From: Bacteroidota bacterium
GTDB taxonomy: Bacteria; Bacteroidota; Bacteroidia; Bacteroidales; JAADJA01
Length of the DNA stretch: 64,000 bases
Reading direction: 5' to 3'
Assembly: GCA_020444515.1 (NCBI GenBank)
Contig: JAHLKX010000008.1
Coordinates: 46,070-110,069 of the forward strand
Position numbers and translations under genes: made by a program. Below the pieces are notes generated by a model. That model was not told the DNA's origin and did no database searches. It worked only from the letters and a program-made list of their open reading frames with translations. Of the stretch, positions 41,997 to 52,807 are shown piece by piece. How positions within the stretch are numbered: the stretch's first letter is position 1; each line of letters opens with the position of its first letter.

Positions 41997-43448
41997 ATGC
42001 GGGCTGAAGCGATCATAAGGCATTTGGGGAATGTAATGTTATTCAACGGAGTATTCCTGTTTCTTGCTTTTGTGATATCTCTATTTCATAATGAAACTTC
42101 CATGATACCACTTTTGTACAGTTCATTGATTTGCCTGATATTTGGTGCTTTTCCAAGAATTTTTATCCCCAAAACCGAGGAGTTGAGTCTATATGAAGGC
42201 ATCACCATTGTGGTATTGGCCTGGGTGATCACGTGCATCGTAGGCATGATCCCCTATATCATGTGGGGCGGCGAATTTTCACTGATCAATGCCTGGTTTG
42301 AAAGTGTTTCGGGTTTTACTACAACGGGGTCTACCATTCTCAACGACATCGAATCCCTGCCCATGGGGTTGCTTTTCTGGCGCTCATCCACGCATTGGAT
42401 AGGCGGTATAGGGATCATCTTATTTATTCTGCTCATCCTACCTCAGACAAGTGAATCGAGAACCATTTTATATCATACTGAAATATCTGATCTTTCCCGA
42501 AGCAGTTTTAAATACAGGTCGGAACAGGTGATCCGCATACTTGCTTTAGTCTATTTTGGTTTGACTGTACTGGAAATAATATTGCTTAAAATTGCCGGGA
42601 TGAGCTTATTCGACGCAGTAAATCATGCTTTTGCTACCATTGCCACCGGCGGATTTTCAACTAAAAATGCCAGCATTGCAGCATTTAACAATCCCACCAT
42701 TGAGATCATCATCATGGTATTCATGGTACTTGCCGGAATCCATTTCGGACTTCTGTTTGCAACGATTACCGGTAAGCGTGATAATATTTTCAACTCAGAT
42801 GTAGTGCGTGCTTATTTGTTGGTGATGTTGATCGGAATTGGCGTAGTGACGTTTAACCTTTATCTAAAAGGATCCTATGACCTTCCCACCTCAATGCGCT
42901 ATGCTTCCTTCCAGGTGATTTCATTGGGTACAACAACCGGTTTTGCCTCCGCCGATTCAGCCAACTGGCCCTCCTTTTCTGTCATTGTTCTGATTTATTT
43001 CACGATTCAGTGTGCCATGGTTGGATCCACATCCGGGGGACTGAAGTTCGATCGTATATTCCTATTTTTTAAATCCTTATCCAAAAGGATCAAGTTGATC
43101 CAGCATCCAAAAGCTGTGATTGCTCTCAAAATTAGTGGTAAACAAATTTCAGAAACCCTTGAAAATCAAACCATGGTTTTTATCATCATGTATCTCTTTA
43201 TTTTACTGGCAACAACCATATTGGTTTCATTGTTTAATGTGGACACGATGACATCCTTTTCAGCTTCTGCTGCAACCCTGGGCAATGTCGGACCCGGTTT
43301 TGGAGAGGTGAGTTCACTGGGAAATTTTGCAAATCTGCCGGCAGCAGCCAAATTTATTTTAACCTTGAATATGCTATTGGGAAGGCTTGAAATGTTTAGC
43401 ATCATAGTCCTCTTAATAATTCTTCGACCCAATTCCCGCTTTAATTAA
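41997..43448 (+). CDS. trkH: Trk system potassium uptake permease
   Basis: Four pore loops: 'FESVSGFTTTGST', 'ATGGFS', 'TTTGFA', 'GNVGPG'; also 'GSTSGGLK' and 'GRLE'. Confidence 0.95.
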   Translation: MRAEAIIRHLGNVMLFNGVFLFLAFVISLFHNETSMIPLLYSSLICLIFGAFPRIFIPKTEELSLYEGITIVVLAWVITCIVGMIPYIMWGGEFSLINAWFESVSGFTTTGSTILNDIESLPMGLLFWRSSTHWIGGIGIILFILLILPQTSESRTILYHTEISDLSRSSFKYRSEQVIRILALVYFGLTVLEIILLKIAGMSLFDAVNHAFATIATGGFSTKNASIAAFNNPTIEIIIMVFMVLAGIHFGLLFATITGKRDNIFNSDVVRAYLLVMLIGIGVVTFNLYLKGSYDLPTSMRYASFQVISLGTTTGFASADSANWPSFSVIVLIYFTIQCAMVGSTSGGLKFDRIFLFFKSLSKRIKLIQHPKAVIALKISGKQISETLENQTMVFIIMYLFILLATTILVSLFNVDTMTSFSASAATLGNVGPGFGEVSSLGNFANLPAAAKFILTLNMLLGRLEMFSIIVLLIILRPNSRFN

Positions 43449-43502
43449 GTAAATTTTTATGTTCGGTTAAATCAAGACCCGAAGATTTTCTTCAATGGAT
43501 AT

Positions 43503-43535
43503 AAAAAACGGAGACCTTTTACAATGTCTCCGTTT
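43503..43535 (-). terminator. Terminator after glyA (possibly bidirectional)
   Basis: AAACGGAGAC-N10-GTCTCCGTTT with a flanking A run between convergent trkH and glyA. Confidence 0.75.
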
Positions 43536-43555
43536 AATATTCATTTCTAAACTTA

Positions 43556-44836
43556 TCAATCCGCAAACATCGGGAAAGCTCCCATCATCTCGTTGACCTG
43601 CTTTTTAACTTTCTCCAACAAGTCTTCGTTATCGATATCTGAAATAACCTGGTCAATGAAGTCAACGATAATCGGCATATGTTCCTCCTTCAGTCCACGT
43701 GTGGTAATGGCAGGTGTTCCAACCCTCAGGCCAGAAGTCTGGAACGGTGAACGGCTGTCGAAAGGAACCATGTTTTTGTTTACCGTTATATCTGCCAGCA
43801 CCAAAGTATTCTCTACTTTTCTACCTGTAATTTCAGGAAACTTATTCCGTAGATCGATCAACATTAAATGATTATCAGTCCCATCCGAAATCACGTTATA
43901 TCCTTTATTAACAAAGGCTTCTGCCATAACTTCGGCATTTTTCTTGACCTGCTTCATATAATTTTTAAACTCCTTGGTAAGGGCTTCGCCGAATGCGACG
44001 GCTTTGGCAGCAATTATATGCTCCAGGGGGCCTCCCTGAATACCTGGAAAGACGCCTGAATTAAACAGTGACGACATCGATCGGATCACACCTTTTGGTG
44101 TTGTTTTACCAAAGGGATTATCAAAATCCTGTCCCATCATGATGATACCTCCGCGCGGACCCCGAAGGGTTTTATGCGTTGTAGAGGTCACTACATGGCA
44201 GTATTTCAAAGGATCGTTGAGCAATCCAACCGCAATTAATCCGGCAGGATGGGCAATATCAGCCATCAGAAATGCGCCGATTTTATCTGCGATCTCCCGC
44301 ATGCGTTTATAATCCCAATCACGGGAGTAGGCCGATGCACCAGCCAGGATCAATTTTGGTTTCTCTCGCAATGCTGTTTCTTCCATCCTGTCATAATTCA
44401 CCAGACCCGTTTCTTCATCTACCTCATAGGCGATGGGTTGGTATAGGATACCGGATGAATTAACCGGTGATCCATGCGAAAGGTGTCCTCCATGCGATAA
44501 ATCCAATCCCATGAATTTATCCCCAGGTTTTAAAAGGGTGAGGAAAACCGCCATATTGGCTTGTGCACCTGAATGGGGCTGAACATTTGCCCACTCAGCT
44601 CCAAACAATTCTTTAAGCCGGTCGATGGCCAGCTGCTCCGTTTCATCCACATGCTGGCAACCACCATAATATCTTTTACCGGGATACCCTTCTGCATATT
44701 TATTGGTCATAACCGATCCCATGGCACTGAGTACCTGGTCGCTTACAAAATTTTCTGAAGCAATCAATTCAATACCGTATCGTTGCCGATCGGCTTCTTT
44801 CTGCAAAATTTCAAAAACTAATTCATCTCTTTTCAT
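43556..44836 (-). CDS. glyA: Serine hydroxymethyltransferase
   Basis: 'LIASEN', '[15 protein letters not shown]', 'GGHLSHG', PLP lysine '[12 protein letters not shown]'. Confidence 0.98.
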   Translation of the reverse strand: MKRDELVFEILQKEADRQRYGIELIASENFVSDQVLSAMGSVMTNKYAEGYPGKRYYGGCQHVDETEQLAIDRLKELFGAEWANVQPHSGAQANMAVFLTLLKPGDKFMGLDLSHGGHLSHGSPVNSSGILYQPIAYEVDEETGLVNYDRMEETALREKPKLILAGASAYSRDWDYKRMREIADKIGAFLMADIAHPAGLIAVGLLNDPLKYCHVVTSTTHKTLRGPRGGIIMMGQDFDNPFGKTTPKGVIRSMSSLFNSGVFPGIQGGPLEHIIAAKAVAFGEALTKEFKNYMKQVKKNAEVMAEAFVNKGYNVISDGTDNHLMLIDLRNKFPEITGRKVENTLVLADITVNKNMVPFDSRSPFQTSGLRVGTPAITTRGLKEEHMPIIVDFIDQVISDIDNEDLLEKVKKQVNEMMGAFPMFAD

Positions 44837-44995
44837 CTCATTATGTTTTTTCTGGCTATTTATATGATAATTTTGTCATTTTCTGAAGGTAAGCAAAATT
44901 ATAAAATTTATTTGGCCTGCCACGGTGAATGAAATATTTTTGCAAAATTACTGTTCAATAGGATACACACTTATTAAATCATTACAACTATCTAT

Positions 44996-46231
44996 ATGAT
45001 TAACTTTGAGAAGTTTGAATTGGAGAATGGGCTGAAAGTTATCGTACATCACGACCGGTCGACACAAATTGTGGCGGTGAACCTCCTATATGATGTAGGA
45101 GCACGTGACGAAAATCCAGACAGTACCGGATTTGCACACTTATTTGAACACCTGATGTTTGGCGGTTCGGTTCACATACCAAAATACGATACCCCACTGG
45201 AACGTGCCGGTGGTGAGAACAATGCTTTTACCAATAACGACATTACCAATTATTACCTCACCATACCCAAACAGAACCTGGAATTGGCATTCTGGCTTGA
45301 ATCGGATCGGATGCTTGACCTGGCCTTTTCTGAGAAAAGCCTGGAAGTACAACGCAATGTTGTTATTGAAGAGTTTAAACAATCTTATTTGAATCAGCCT
45401 TATGGTGATGTCTGGTTATTGCTTCGTCCGATGGCCTATAAGACCCATCCATACCAGTGGGCCACCATTGGAAAGGATATTTCACACATAGAGAAAGCGA
45501 CGATGGAGGATGTACGGAATTTCTATCAAAGATTTTACAACCCCAACAATGCCATCCTCACCATTGCAGGGGATGTGGAAACTGATCAAATTAAAAAGCT
45601 GGCTGAAAAGTGGTTTGGATCGATCCCATCCGGAAACGGGTATAGCAGGAATATTCCAAAGGAACCCCGGCAGATTGAAGCCCGACAGTTAAGCGTACAA
45701 AGAAACGTTCCATTTGATGCGCTTTACAAAGCTTACCACATGTGTTCGCGTGATGATAAGCAATATCATACAACCGATCTGGTATCTGATATTCTATCAA
45801 ATGGCGACTCATCCCGACTTTTTAACCGGCTGGTAAAAGAGAAAAATATGTTTAGCGATATACATGCTTATATTACCGGTGATCGGGACGAGGGTTTGTT
45901 TATCTTTTCAGGCAAACTGGTAAAAGGGGTCACCATGGAAGAGGCAGAAAAAGCGGTGCAGGAAGAAATTCAACAGATCACTACAAAACCCGTTGAGATC
46001 GATGAACTGGAGAAAGTGAAAAATAAAATCGAATCAACCCTGGAGTTTTCGGAAATCAGTGTTTTAAATAAAGCAATGAACCTTTCCTATTCTGAGCTTC
46101 TTGGCGATGCAGACCTCATTAATCAGGAAAAAAGTTTATATACAGCCGTTACGCGCGAGGGAATCATGGAGACTGCCAAAGAAATTTTCAGGGAAGATAA
46201 TTGTTCAACCCTTTATTATTACGCAAATTGA
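44996..46231 (+). CDS. M16 family zinc peptidase, catalytic subunit
   Basis: Inverted zinc motif HLFEH, 'NAFT', 'ESDRM'. Confidence 0.92.
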   Translation: MINFEKFELENGLKVIVHHDRSTQIVAVNLLYDVGARDENPDSTGFAHLFEHLMFGGSVHIPKYDTPLERAGGENNAFTNNDITNYYLTIPKQNLELAFWLESDRMLDLAFSEKSLEVQRNVVIEEFKQSYLNQPYGDVWLLLRPMAYKTHPYQWATIGKDISHIEKATMEDVRNFYQRFYNPNNAILTIAGDVETDQIKKLAEKWFGSIPSGNGYSRNIPKEPRQIEARQLSVQRNVPFDALYKAYHMCSRDDKQYHTTDLVSDILSNGDSSRLFNRLVKEKNMFSDIHAYITGDRDEGLFIFSGKLVKGVTMEEAEKAVQEEIQQITTKPVEIDELEKVKNKIESTLEFSEISVLNKAMNLSYSELLGDADLINQEKSLYTAVTREGIMETAKEIFREDNCSTLYYYAN

Positions 46232-46235
46232 TTAA

Positions 46236-47522
46236 ATGTCGAACTTAAACAGAAATATACAACCCGATATCAACCTGGTTGATCGAATAAGCCTGGTTAA
46301 ACCTGTGTTTGAACGCATGGATAATGGCATTCCCGTTTATCTGATCGACACAGCGCAGCAAGACCTCATAAAAATTGAATTCATGTTTTCGGGCGGGAGC
46401 TGGTACGAAACAAAAAAGTTGATCGCCAACTTTACCAATCGCATGCTTAAAGAGGGAACCCCGTCAATGAGTTCGCGTGATATCGCCGACCGGATTGATT
46501 ATTATGGAGCACACCTCGAAACCAGTTCTGATAAAGACATGGGATATGTATCGCTCTATTCGCTCAATAAACATTTGGATAAAACACTACCGGTTCTGGC
46601 AGAGATCATACAATCTCCAGTTTTTAATCAAAAAGAACTGGATACGCTCAAGCAAAACCGCAAACAACATTTTTTGGTCAACAATGAAAAGGTTCGGTAC
46701 CTGGCCAAACGGAAGTTCAATGAATTGATTTTCGGAAAAGGGCATCCATATGGCAAAGTGTTCTCGAGTGAAGATTTTGATCAAATCTCAAGGAATGATC
46801 TGGTGTCATTTCATAATCAGTTTTATACGGCCGGAAATTGCAAAGTAATAGCCGCAGGAAAAATCCCGGGGAACCTGCTATCTCTGTTGAATAAATATTT
46901 TGGTAATTTCAGTGGAAATGTAAGTCAACAACCAATCTTACCAGCCATTGATATGATCAATCCGGAAGATAAAAAAGCGCATCTGGTCAAGAAAAATGCA
47001 GTTCAAACAGCCATCAGGGTCGGCAAAGTTTTGTTCAATAAAACCCATCCGGATTATGTTCGGTTGAAAGTTCTCAATACCATCCTGGGTGGCTATTTTG
47101 GTTCGCGTTTGATGTCGAATATCCGTGAAGATAAAGGGTATACATACGGCATAGGATCGGCAATCGTTTCCTTGCACCACAGTGGATATTTCTTTATTAC
47201 ATCTGAAGTAGGGAGCGATGTGGCCCAGGACGCAATTCGTGAGATCTATCATGAAATTGATCACCTGAGGCAGGAGAAAGTTCCGCAGCAGGAACTCGAC
47301 CTGGTTAAAAATTATATCCTGGGGTCTTTTCTCCGCAGCAATGATGGAGCTTTTGCACAAGCCGATAATTTTAAAAGTCTGCTTGAATACGGACTGGATT
47401 ATACCTATTTCGACCATTATATTGAAATCGTAAAAGCAATCAATACGGGTGAAATTCTGGATCTGGCCCAGCAATACCTCGATCCCGAATCCCTCAGGTT
47501 ACTGACCGTTGGTCAGGAATAA
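46236..47522 (+). CDS. M16 family peptidase, non-catalytic partner subunit
   Basis: No HxxEH; has 'LGG.F.SRL...IREDKGYTY'; 4 bp after the catalytic subunit. Confidence 0.88.
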   Translation: MSNLNRNIQPDINLVDRISLVKPVFERMDNGIPVYLIDTAQQDLIKIEFMFSGGSWYETKKLIANFTNRMLKEGTPSMSSRDIADRIDYYGAHLETSSDKDMGYVSLYSLNKHLDKTLPVLAEIIQSPVFNQKELDTLKQNRKQHFLVNNEKVRYLAKRKFNELIFGKGHPYGKVFSSEDFDQISRNDLVSFHNQFYTAGNCKVIAAGKIPGNLLSLLNKYFGNFSGNVSQQPILPAIDMINPEDKKAHLVKKNAVQTAIRVGKVLFNKTHPDYVRLKVLNTILGGYFGSRLMSNIREDKGYTYGIGSAIVSLHHSGYFFITSEVGSDVAQDAIREIYHEIDHLRQEKVPQQELDLVKNYILGSFLRSNDGAFAQADNFKSLLEYGLDYTYFDHYIEIVKAINTGEILDLAQQYLDPESLRLLTVGQE

Positions 47523-47533
47523 ACCTCTTTTGA

Positions 47534-48724
47534 ATGTTAAAACAATTCGTGCATATCGTTCTTATTGCCACTTTATTGTTTTTAAGTGGGTCGTCAGTAT
47601 CCCGGGCACAGGTTTATGCAGGAGAAGATGTGACCATTTCAGGAGGAATACCTGTCGTTCTTGAGGCTACTTATACCGGTTACACAGGTATTCCTGTCAC
47701 TGCCCAGGATGACTATTTCGTGGGACCGTTTCCCATTGGTTTTGAATTTGAGTTTTTTGGAAATACGTATACCAATTTTGCCATAGGCCCCAATGGATTA
47801 CTAAGCTTTAATCTCCCCGACATCTTGGATGTCGTGCACTGGACCAATGTTACCATCCCCACATCCATATTTGAATCCACCATCCTTGGCCCTTATCAGG
47901 ATCTTTTTCAGCGCCCCGGGGCTCCTCACAACCAGTTCATCTATTATCAAACTGTGGGTTTAGAACCGGAGCGAAAACTGATTGTCGGGTGGTGCGAAGC
48001 GCCTATGTTCAGTTGTGAGTCCTCTTATGTGACGGCACAGATCGTATTGAATGAATCGGACTACAGCATTGAAAACCATTTGATCAACAAACCGGCCTGT
48101 GAAGCCAATCTGGGGAACAGGGCCACCATGGGCCTGAACCGGGATGATGTATTGGGAGTAACGGTTCCGGGTAGAAACAATACATCATGGACAGCCGTAA
48201 ATGAAACGTGGCGCTATGAACCTGACGGTCCCGACAATTATACGGTTGAAAATGCTGACTTTATGCCGGAAGTAATCGTTCCTCCCGGTCATATCAGCTA
48301 TCGATGGTATAAAGATCAATACCCGGGTGGTGAAGAAGTAAGCACTGCGCAACGGTTTATCGTCTCACCATTAGAAACAACAACTTATTATTGTGAAATC
48401 ACCTTGTGCGGGGGATTAAAATATGTCGATGAAGTTAGCATCCAGGTGATCCCGATACCAAACGCCTTCAATCCTGACAGCCCTGTGGATGAAAACAGAA
48501 CCTTTAGGGTCTTTGCCAATCCTCCGGATCATATCATCAACTATAAATTGATCATATTCGACCGGTGGGGACAAAAAGTTTTCGAATCAAACGATATAGC
48601 AGACGGATGGGATGGACAACAAAACGGCAATGACTGCAACAGCGGAGTATATGTATGGGTGGTATATTATGATGCAGGAGAAGGAAAAGTAACCAACAAG
48701 GGAACGGTTACCCTGGTTAGATGA
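47534..48724 (+). CDS. Secreted protein with a gliding-motility-associated (T9SS type B) C-terminal domain
   Basis: Signal peptide; CTD 'IPNAFNP...N..F...IFDRWGQKVF....GWDG...GVY...G.VTLVR'. Confidence 0.85.
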   Translation: MLKQFVHIVLIATLLFLSGSSVSRAQVYAGEDVTISGGIPVVLEATYTGYTGIPVTAQDDYFVGPFPIGFEFEFFGNTYTNFAIGPNGLLSFNLPDILDVVHWTNVTIPTSIFESTILGPYQDLFQRPGAPHNQFIYYQTVGLEPERKLIVGWCEAPMFSCESSYVTAQIVLNESDYSIENHLINKPACEANLGNRATMGLNRDDVLGVTVPGRNNTSWTAVNETWRYEPDGPDNYTVENADFMPEVIVPPGHISYRWYKDQYPGGEEVSTAQRFIVSPLETTTYYCEITLCGGLKYVDEVSIQVIPIPNAFNPDSPVDENRTFRVFANPPDHIINYKLIIFDRWGQKVFESNDIADGWDGQQNGNDCNSGVYVWVVYYDAGEGKVTNKGTVTLVR

Positions 48725-48751
48725 TCCGGTATAACTATCCATGCAAACAAT

Positions 48752-48780
48752 AAAAAACCCCCGAGAACGGGGGTCATTTT
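48752..48780. terminator. Bidirectional terminator between convergent genes
   Basis: AAAAAACCCCCG-AGAA-CGGGGGT..TTTT. Confidence 0.8.
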
Positions 48781-48784
48781 CTTT

Positions 48785-49348
48785 TTATTCTTGAGGAAGT
48801 ATCGAACTATCAACTCCCTTTTTGGGTGTCGGTTTTGTTATTTTCAATTTGGCTTTGACCATATCCATGATATCATCAGAGGGCGTAGCATAAAGCAATA
48901 GACCTTCCGTACTGTTAAAAATGTAGGTATAGCCATTTTCTTTGGCCACATCTTCGACTGCTTTTCTGGCTTTTTCGATCAGTGGAGAAGTCAGCTCCAT
49001 CTCTTTGTTCTGCAAGTCCTGGGTAGCTGTCACTTCAAAAGAATCCATGCGCTCTTTCAGGTCATTGATCTCAGCCTCCTTGGTTTGCTGAATGATGGGT
49101 GACATGGTTCCCATTTTCGATTGGTAGTCCATGAATTTATTCTCCAGTTCGGTTTGCATGGCAGCATATTGCTCCTGGATGCCTTTATTGTAATCTTCGA
49201 AAATCGTTTTAACCGAATCCAGTCCGGGCATCATCGAATAAAGGGTAGCAAAATCAATGTGACCCAATTTTACTTTTGTCTGAGCTTGTGTACCCGTTGC
49301 AAAAAAGAATGTGATTGCGATTAGAAATAAACCAACTATTTTCTTCAT
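48785..49348 (-). CDS. skp: OmpH/Skp periplasmic chaperone
   Basis: Signal peptide, 'KLGHID...L...MP', coiled coil, 'V..VAKENGYTYIF', 'DI.D.VK.KL'. Confidence 0.9.
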   Translation of the reverse strand: MKKIVGLFLIAITFFFATGTQAQTKVKLGHIDFATLYSMMPGLDSVKTIFEDYNKGIQEQYAAMQTELENKFMDYQSKMGTMSPIIQQTKEAEINDLKERMDSFEVTATQDLQNKEMELTSPLIEKARKAVEDVAKENGYTYIFNSTEGLLLYATPSDDIMDMVKAKLKITKPTPKKGVDSSILPQE

Positions 49349-49436
49349 ATCTCTTGAATAATAAAGTTTTGTACGTTTTTGAAATTGAGGTGCAAATGTA
49401 GATAAATAATTGAATTCAAGCTACAAATTGATCGTA

Positions 49437-50087
49437 TTATTTTCGATCCTTACCCTTAACCGGTCCCGGAGAGTTTCCACCAGGACCCCGTGGTGGAGCG
49501 GTTCCTTTATTACTATTGCCTGATTGGGCAGGATTATATTCCTTTTTCACCCGATCTTCGCGCCTTACCGTACCCAGTTCTGCGCCTACTTTGTCCAGCA
49601 CGTCGTCGCTGATATCAAAACGGGCATTGACATACAAAATGGTAAGACTGCCAGCACGATCAAACACAAAGGCATAGTTATCATCCATGGCAATTTCTTC
49701 GATGGCATTGTAGATTTTTTCCTGGATTGGTTTTACCAGTTCCTCCCTTTTCAGGAAAAGATCACCATCCGGACCGAACCGTTGTTTTTGTAAATCCTTC
49801 ACTTCTTTTTCCTTGGCCTGGATCTCCTCCTCTTTTTTCTTCTTAACATCATCGGGCATTAAAACAGCTTCGGCCTGAAAATTTTTATACATTTTATCGA
49901 TTTCACCGAATTTTTCCTCGATTTCCTGCTGATACTCTGCTGCCAGGTCATCGAGTTGAATTTGTGCATCTTTATACTCCGGGATATTATCAAGAATGTA
50001 TTCCGTATCAACATAAGCATATTTTTGAGCAAAACCAGGAACCATCAGTATGGATCCCAATAATAATGTCAGCATTAAGTTTTTCAT
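49437..50087 (-). CDS. skp: OmpH/Skp periplasmic chaperone (Omp17/SkpA-like)
   Basis: 'QKYAYVDTEYIL.NIPEY', 'FGPDGDL..KR.ELVKPIQ', 'DISDDVL'. Start refined to 50087. Confidence 0.9.
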   Translation of the reverse strand: MKNLMLTLLLGSILMVPGFAQKYAYVDTEYILDNIPEYKDAQIQLDDLAAEYQQEIEEKFGEIDKMYKNFQAEAVLMPDDVKKKKEEEIQAKEKEVKDLQKQRFGPDGDLFLKREELVKPIQEKIYNAIEEIAMDDNYAFVFDRAGSLTILYVNARFDISDDVLDKVGAELGTVRREDRVKKEYNPAQSGNSNKGTAPPRGPGGNSPGPVKGKDRK

Positions 50088-50173
50088 AAACCGGAAATTT
50101 AAAATTCTTCTATTCAATGATTTGCTATTCAAGTTAAACGTTGATAATTTCAATTTCTTTTTTAAACCGGAAA

Positions 50174-52807
50174 TTAATCGATGGATTGATTGATAGAAAA
50201 GTGGAACTGCCCGCGGTTAGCATCGGGTAAGCCCGGCACATCATCGAATCCATAGCCCCAATCAAGACCGAGAATTCCAAACATCGGCAGGAATACACGA
50301 ACGCCAAAACCGGCTGCTTTATAAACTCCGAAAGGATTGTAGTCCTCGAATTTTAACCATGAGTTACCTGCCTCTAAGAAGGTTGCAACAAATATGGTCG
50401 CATTGGGATTCAATGACAATGGATATCTCAGTTCCAGGGTATATTTCGAATAAATGGTAGCCCCAGTATTACTGGTCCTCCAGTAATTCGGAGTGAGGGT
50501 TTCATTTCCATAGCCTCTCATACCAATAATCTCGCGTCCATCCAGGTTATTATATCCTGATAAACCGTCACCACCCAGATAATAGCGCTCAAAAGGAGTT
50601 ACCCCAATTTGGGGATTATAACTTCCGAGGAATCCCATTTTAGCACGGGCCATAATTACCAGGTTTTCGACCACCGGAGTGAAAAATGCTGATTGAATAC
50701 CCCATTTATGATATTCGATCCACTTATATTTTTCATTATCAGAAAGCGTCGCATAATTCCGGTCAGAAAAAGATGAATAAGGCGGGGTAATGTTTAATGA
50801 GACACTCATCAATGAGCCGTTCCTGGGATAAATCGGTTGGTCAATGGAGTTTCTTGATAAGGTGATATCCCAGCTAAAATTATTATAATATCCGGTACCT
50901 GTGCCAAAGGAGAATATGCTGGTATAATTTTTCAGATCATAGCGCTGAAAATTAGCACCGAGATAGAGCTGGAAATAATCATCCGGCCAGGTCAAACGTT
51001 TACCAAGACCAACAGTGACGCCATTGATGACAAATGACTGACGGTCGGGACTATCTTTCGGAAGTCCGTTCGAAAACAATGAATGGTAATAACTTACGCT
51101 GAGAGCATTGGGTTTTTTACCACCCAGCCAGGGTTCGGTAAAAGAGGCACTGTAACTGATGTACCCGGCACCATAGGATTGAACCCGCAGGCTTAGTTTC
51201 TGACCATCACCGGTAGGTACAGGCCTCCATGCTTTGCCTGTGAACATATTCCGCAGGGAGAAATTATTAAAGGAGACCCCCAGGGTTCCGATCACCCGGC
51301 CATAGCCCCAACCACCAGAAAGTTCAATTTGATCCGATGAAGTCTCTTCAACTTCATAGGTAATGTCAACGGTACCCTCGGCAGGATTGGGTTCCGGAAC
51401 CGGATTGATGGTTTCCGGGTTGAAATATTTCAACTGGGCCAGCTCACGTGTGGTTCTGATGATATCAGACCGGGAGAACAATTGCCCGGGACGGGTCCGC
51501 AATTCTCTTACCACAACATGATCATGGGTTCGGGTATTGCCTTTCACTTTAACCCGTTTAATGGTGGCCTGTTTTCCTTCGTAAATCCTGATCTCAATAT
51601 CAATGCTGTCATTTTCAACGGCAATTTCAACCGGATTGGCCTGAAAAAACAAATAACCTTCATTCATATAAAGCGAACTCACATCATCTTCATTCATGTT
51701 AAAGGTGAGATTTGAGTTCAACAATTCCCAATTGTATACATCTCCCTTCTGAATTTTTAAAACCCTGTTCAACGATTCATCGGTATACTTGGTATTTCCA
51801 ACCCATGTAATATCACGGAAATAATAACGGTCTCCTTCTGTGAGGTAAATATCTATGTTTACAGCATTATCCTCCTCATTCCGATAAATTGAATCTTTCA
51901 AAATATTGGCATCACGGTATCCTTGTGAATTATATTTGGTAATCAGATTTACGAGGTCAGCCTTGTACTCTTCCGGAATGTATTTGGAAGATTTAAAAAT
52001 ACGCATCCGCATATTGCGATTTACATAATCTCTGGTATCTTCTACCATTTCAGAAAAGCGGAATGTGATTGCATTTTTTGCAAGGTTAAAAATGAGGTTT
52101 TCCAATTTGTAAAAGGGATCAAAAGCTCCTTTTTCTTTGGTCTCTTTCAGGAATTTTTTTACCCGGGCATCATCAAATGCCTCGTTCCCGATGATATTGA
52201 TCCTGTTGATCTTAACTTTTTCCTTTTTATCAATTTCAATGAGCAGCCTCACATGGTTAATGCGTAAGCTATCCTCTACCTGCTTAATATTGATTTCCGC
52301 ATCCAGGTAACCCTTATCTGTATAATAATCTCTTATCCTGTTTTTGGTCCGAATGAGCATGTTATCGGTAACAACGTCCCCGCTGGCGAGTTTGATCTCA
52401 TCCCGAATATTATCGGCTTCTGATTTTTTAATGCCTGTAAAACTAAAAGTGGACATCCGGGGCCGCTCCACCAAATCAATGTTCAGAAAAATGAGTTTGT
52501 CCTGAATGCGGGTAGCCGTGATCTTAATATTTTCAAACAATCCCTGTTTCCATAAATTTTCAATGGCACGGGAAATTTCTTCACCGGGAACATTGATCAT
52601 ATCCCCCACCGATAATCCAGATAGCATCACCAGTGCATTGTTATCCAGGTATTTTACGCCTGATACGGTAATTCCACCAATTTCATATTTTTTGGGATTG
52701 GCATAGTCAATTAAATCCTTGTCATCCAGGTTTACCTGACCATAAAGGGTTATGGATCCCCATAAAATAGCGAAGATTAGTATGATATTTCTGACCGTTC
52801 TTTCCAT
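50174..52807 (-). CDS. bamA: Outer membrane protein assembly factor BamA
   Basis: POTRA repeats, 'SFTEPWLGGKKP', 'FERYYLGGDG', 'RGY', terminal 'FHFSINQ'; conserved operon. Confidence 0.96.
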   Translation of the reverse strand: MERTVRNIILIFAILWGSITLYGQVNLDDKDLIDYANPKKYEIGGITVSGVKYLDNNALVMLSGLSVGDMINVPGEEISRAIENLWKQGLFENIKITATRIQDKLIFLNIDLVERPRMSTFSFTGIKKSEADNIRDEIKLASGDVVTDNMLIRTKNRIRDYYTDKGYLDAEINIKQVEDSLRINHVRLLIEIDKKEKVKINRINIIGNEAFDDARVKKFLKETKEKGAFDPFYKLENLIFNLAKNAITFRFSEMVEDTRDYVNRNMRMRIFKSSKYIPEEYKADLVNLITKYNSQGYRDANILKDSIYRNEEDNAVNIDIYLTEGDRYYFRDITWVGNTKYTDESLNRVLKIQKGDVYNWELLNSNLTFNMNEDDVSSLYMNEGYLFFQANPVEIAVENDSIDIEIRIYEGKQATIKRVKVKGNTRTHDHVVVRELRTRPGQLFSRSDIIRTTRELAQLKYFNPETINPVPEPNPAEGTVDITYEVEETSSDQIELSGGWGYGRVIGTLGVSFNNFSLRNMFTGKAWRPVPTGDGQKLSLRVQSYGAGYISYSASFTEPWLGGKKPNALSVSYYHSLFSNGLPKDSPDRQSFVINGVTVGLGKRLTWPDDYFQLYLGANFQRYDLKNYTSIFSFGTGTGYYNNFSWDITLSRNSIDQPIYPRNGSLMSVSLNITPPYSSFSDRNYATLSDNEKYKWIEYHKWGIQSAFFTPVVENLVIMARAKMGFLGSYNPQIGVTPFERYYLGGDGLSGYNNLDGREIIGMRGYGNETLTPNYWRTSNTGATIYSKYTLELRYPLSLNPNATIFVATFLEAGNSWLKFEDYNPFGVYKAAGFGVRVFLPMFGILGLDWGYGFDDVPGLPDANRGQFHFSINQSID

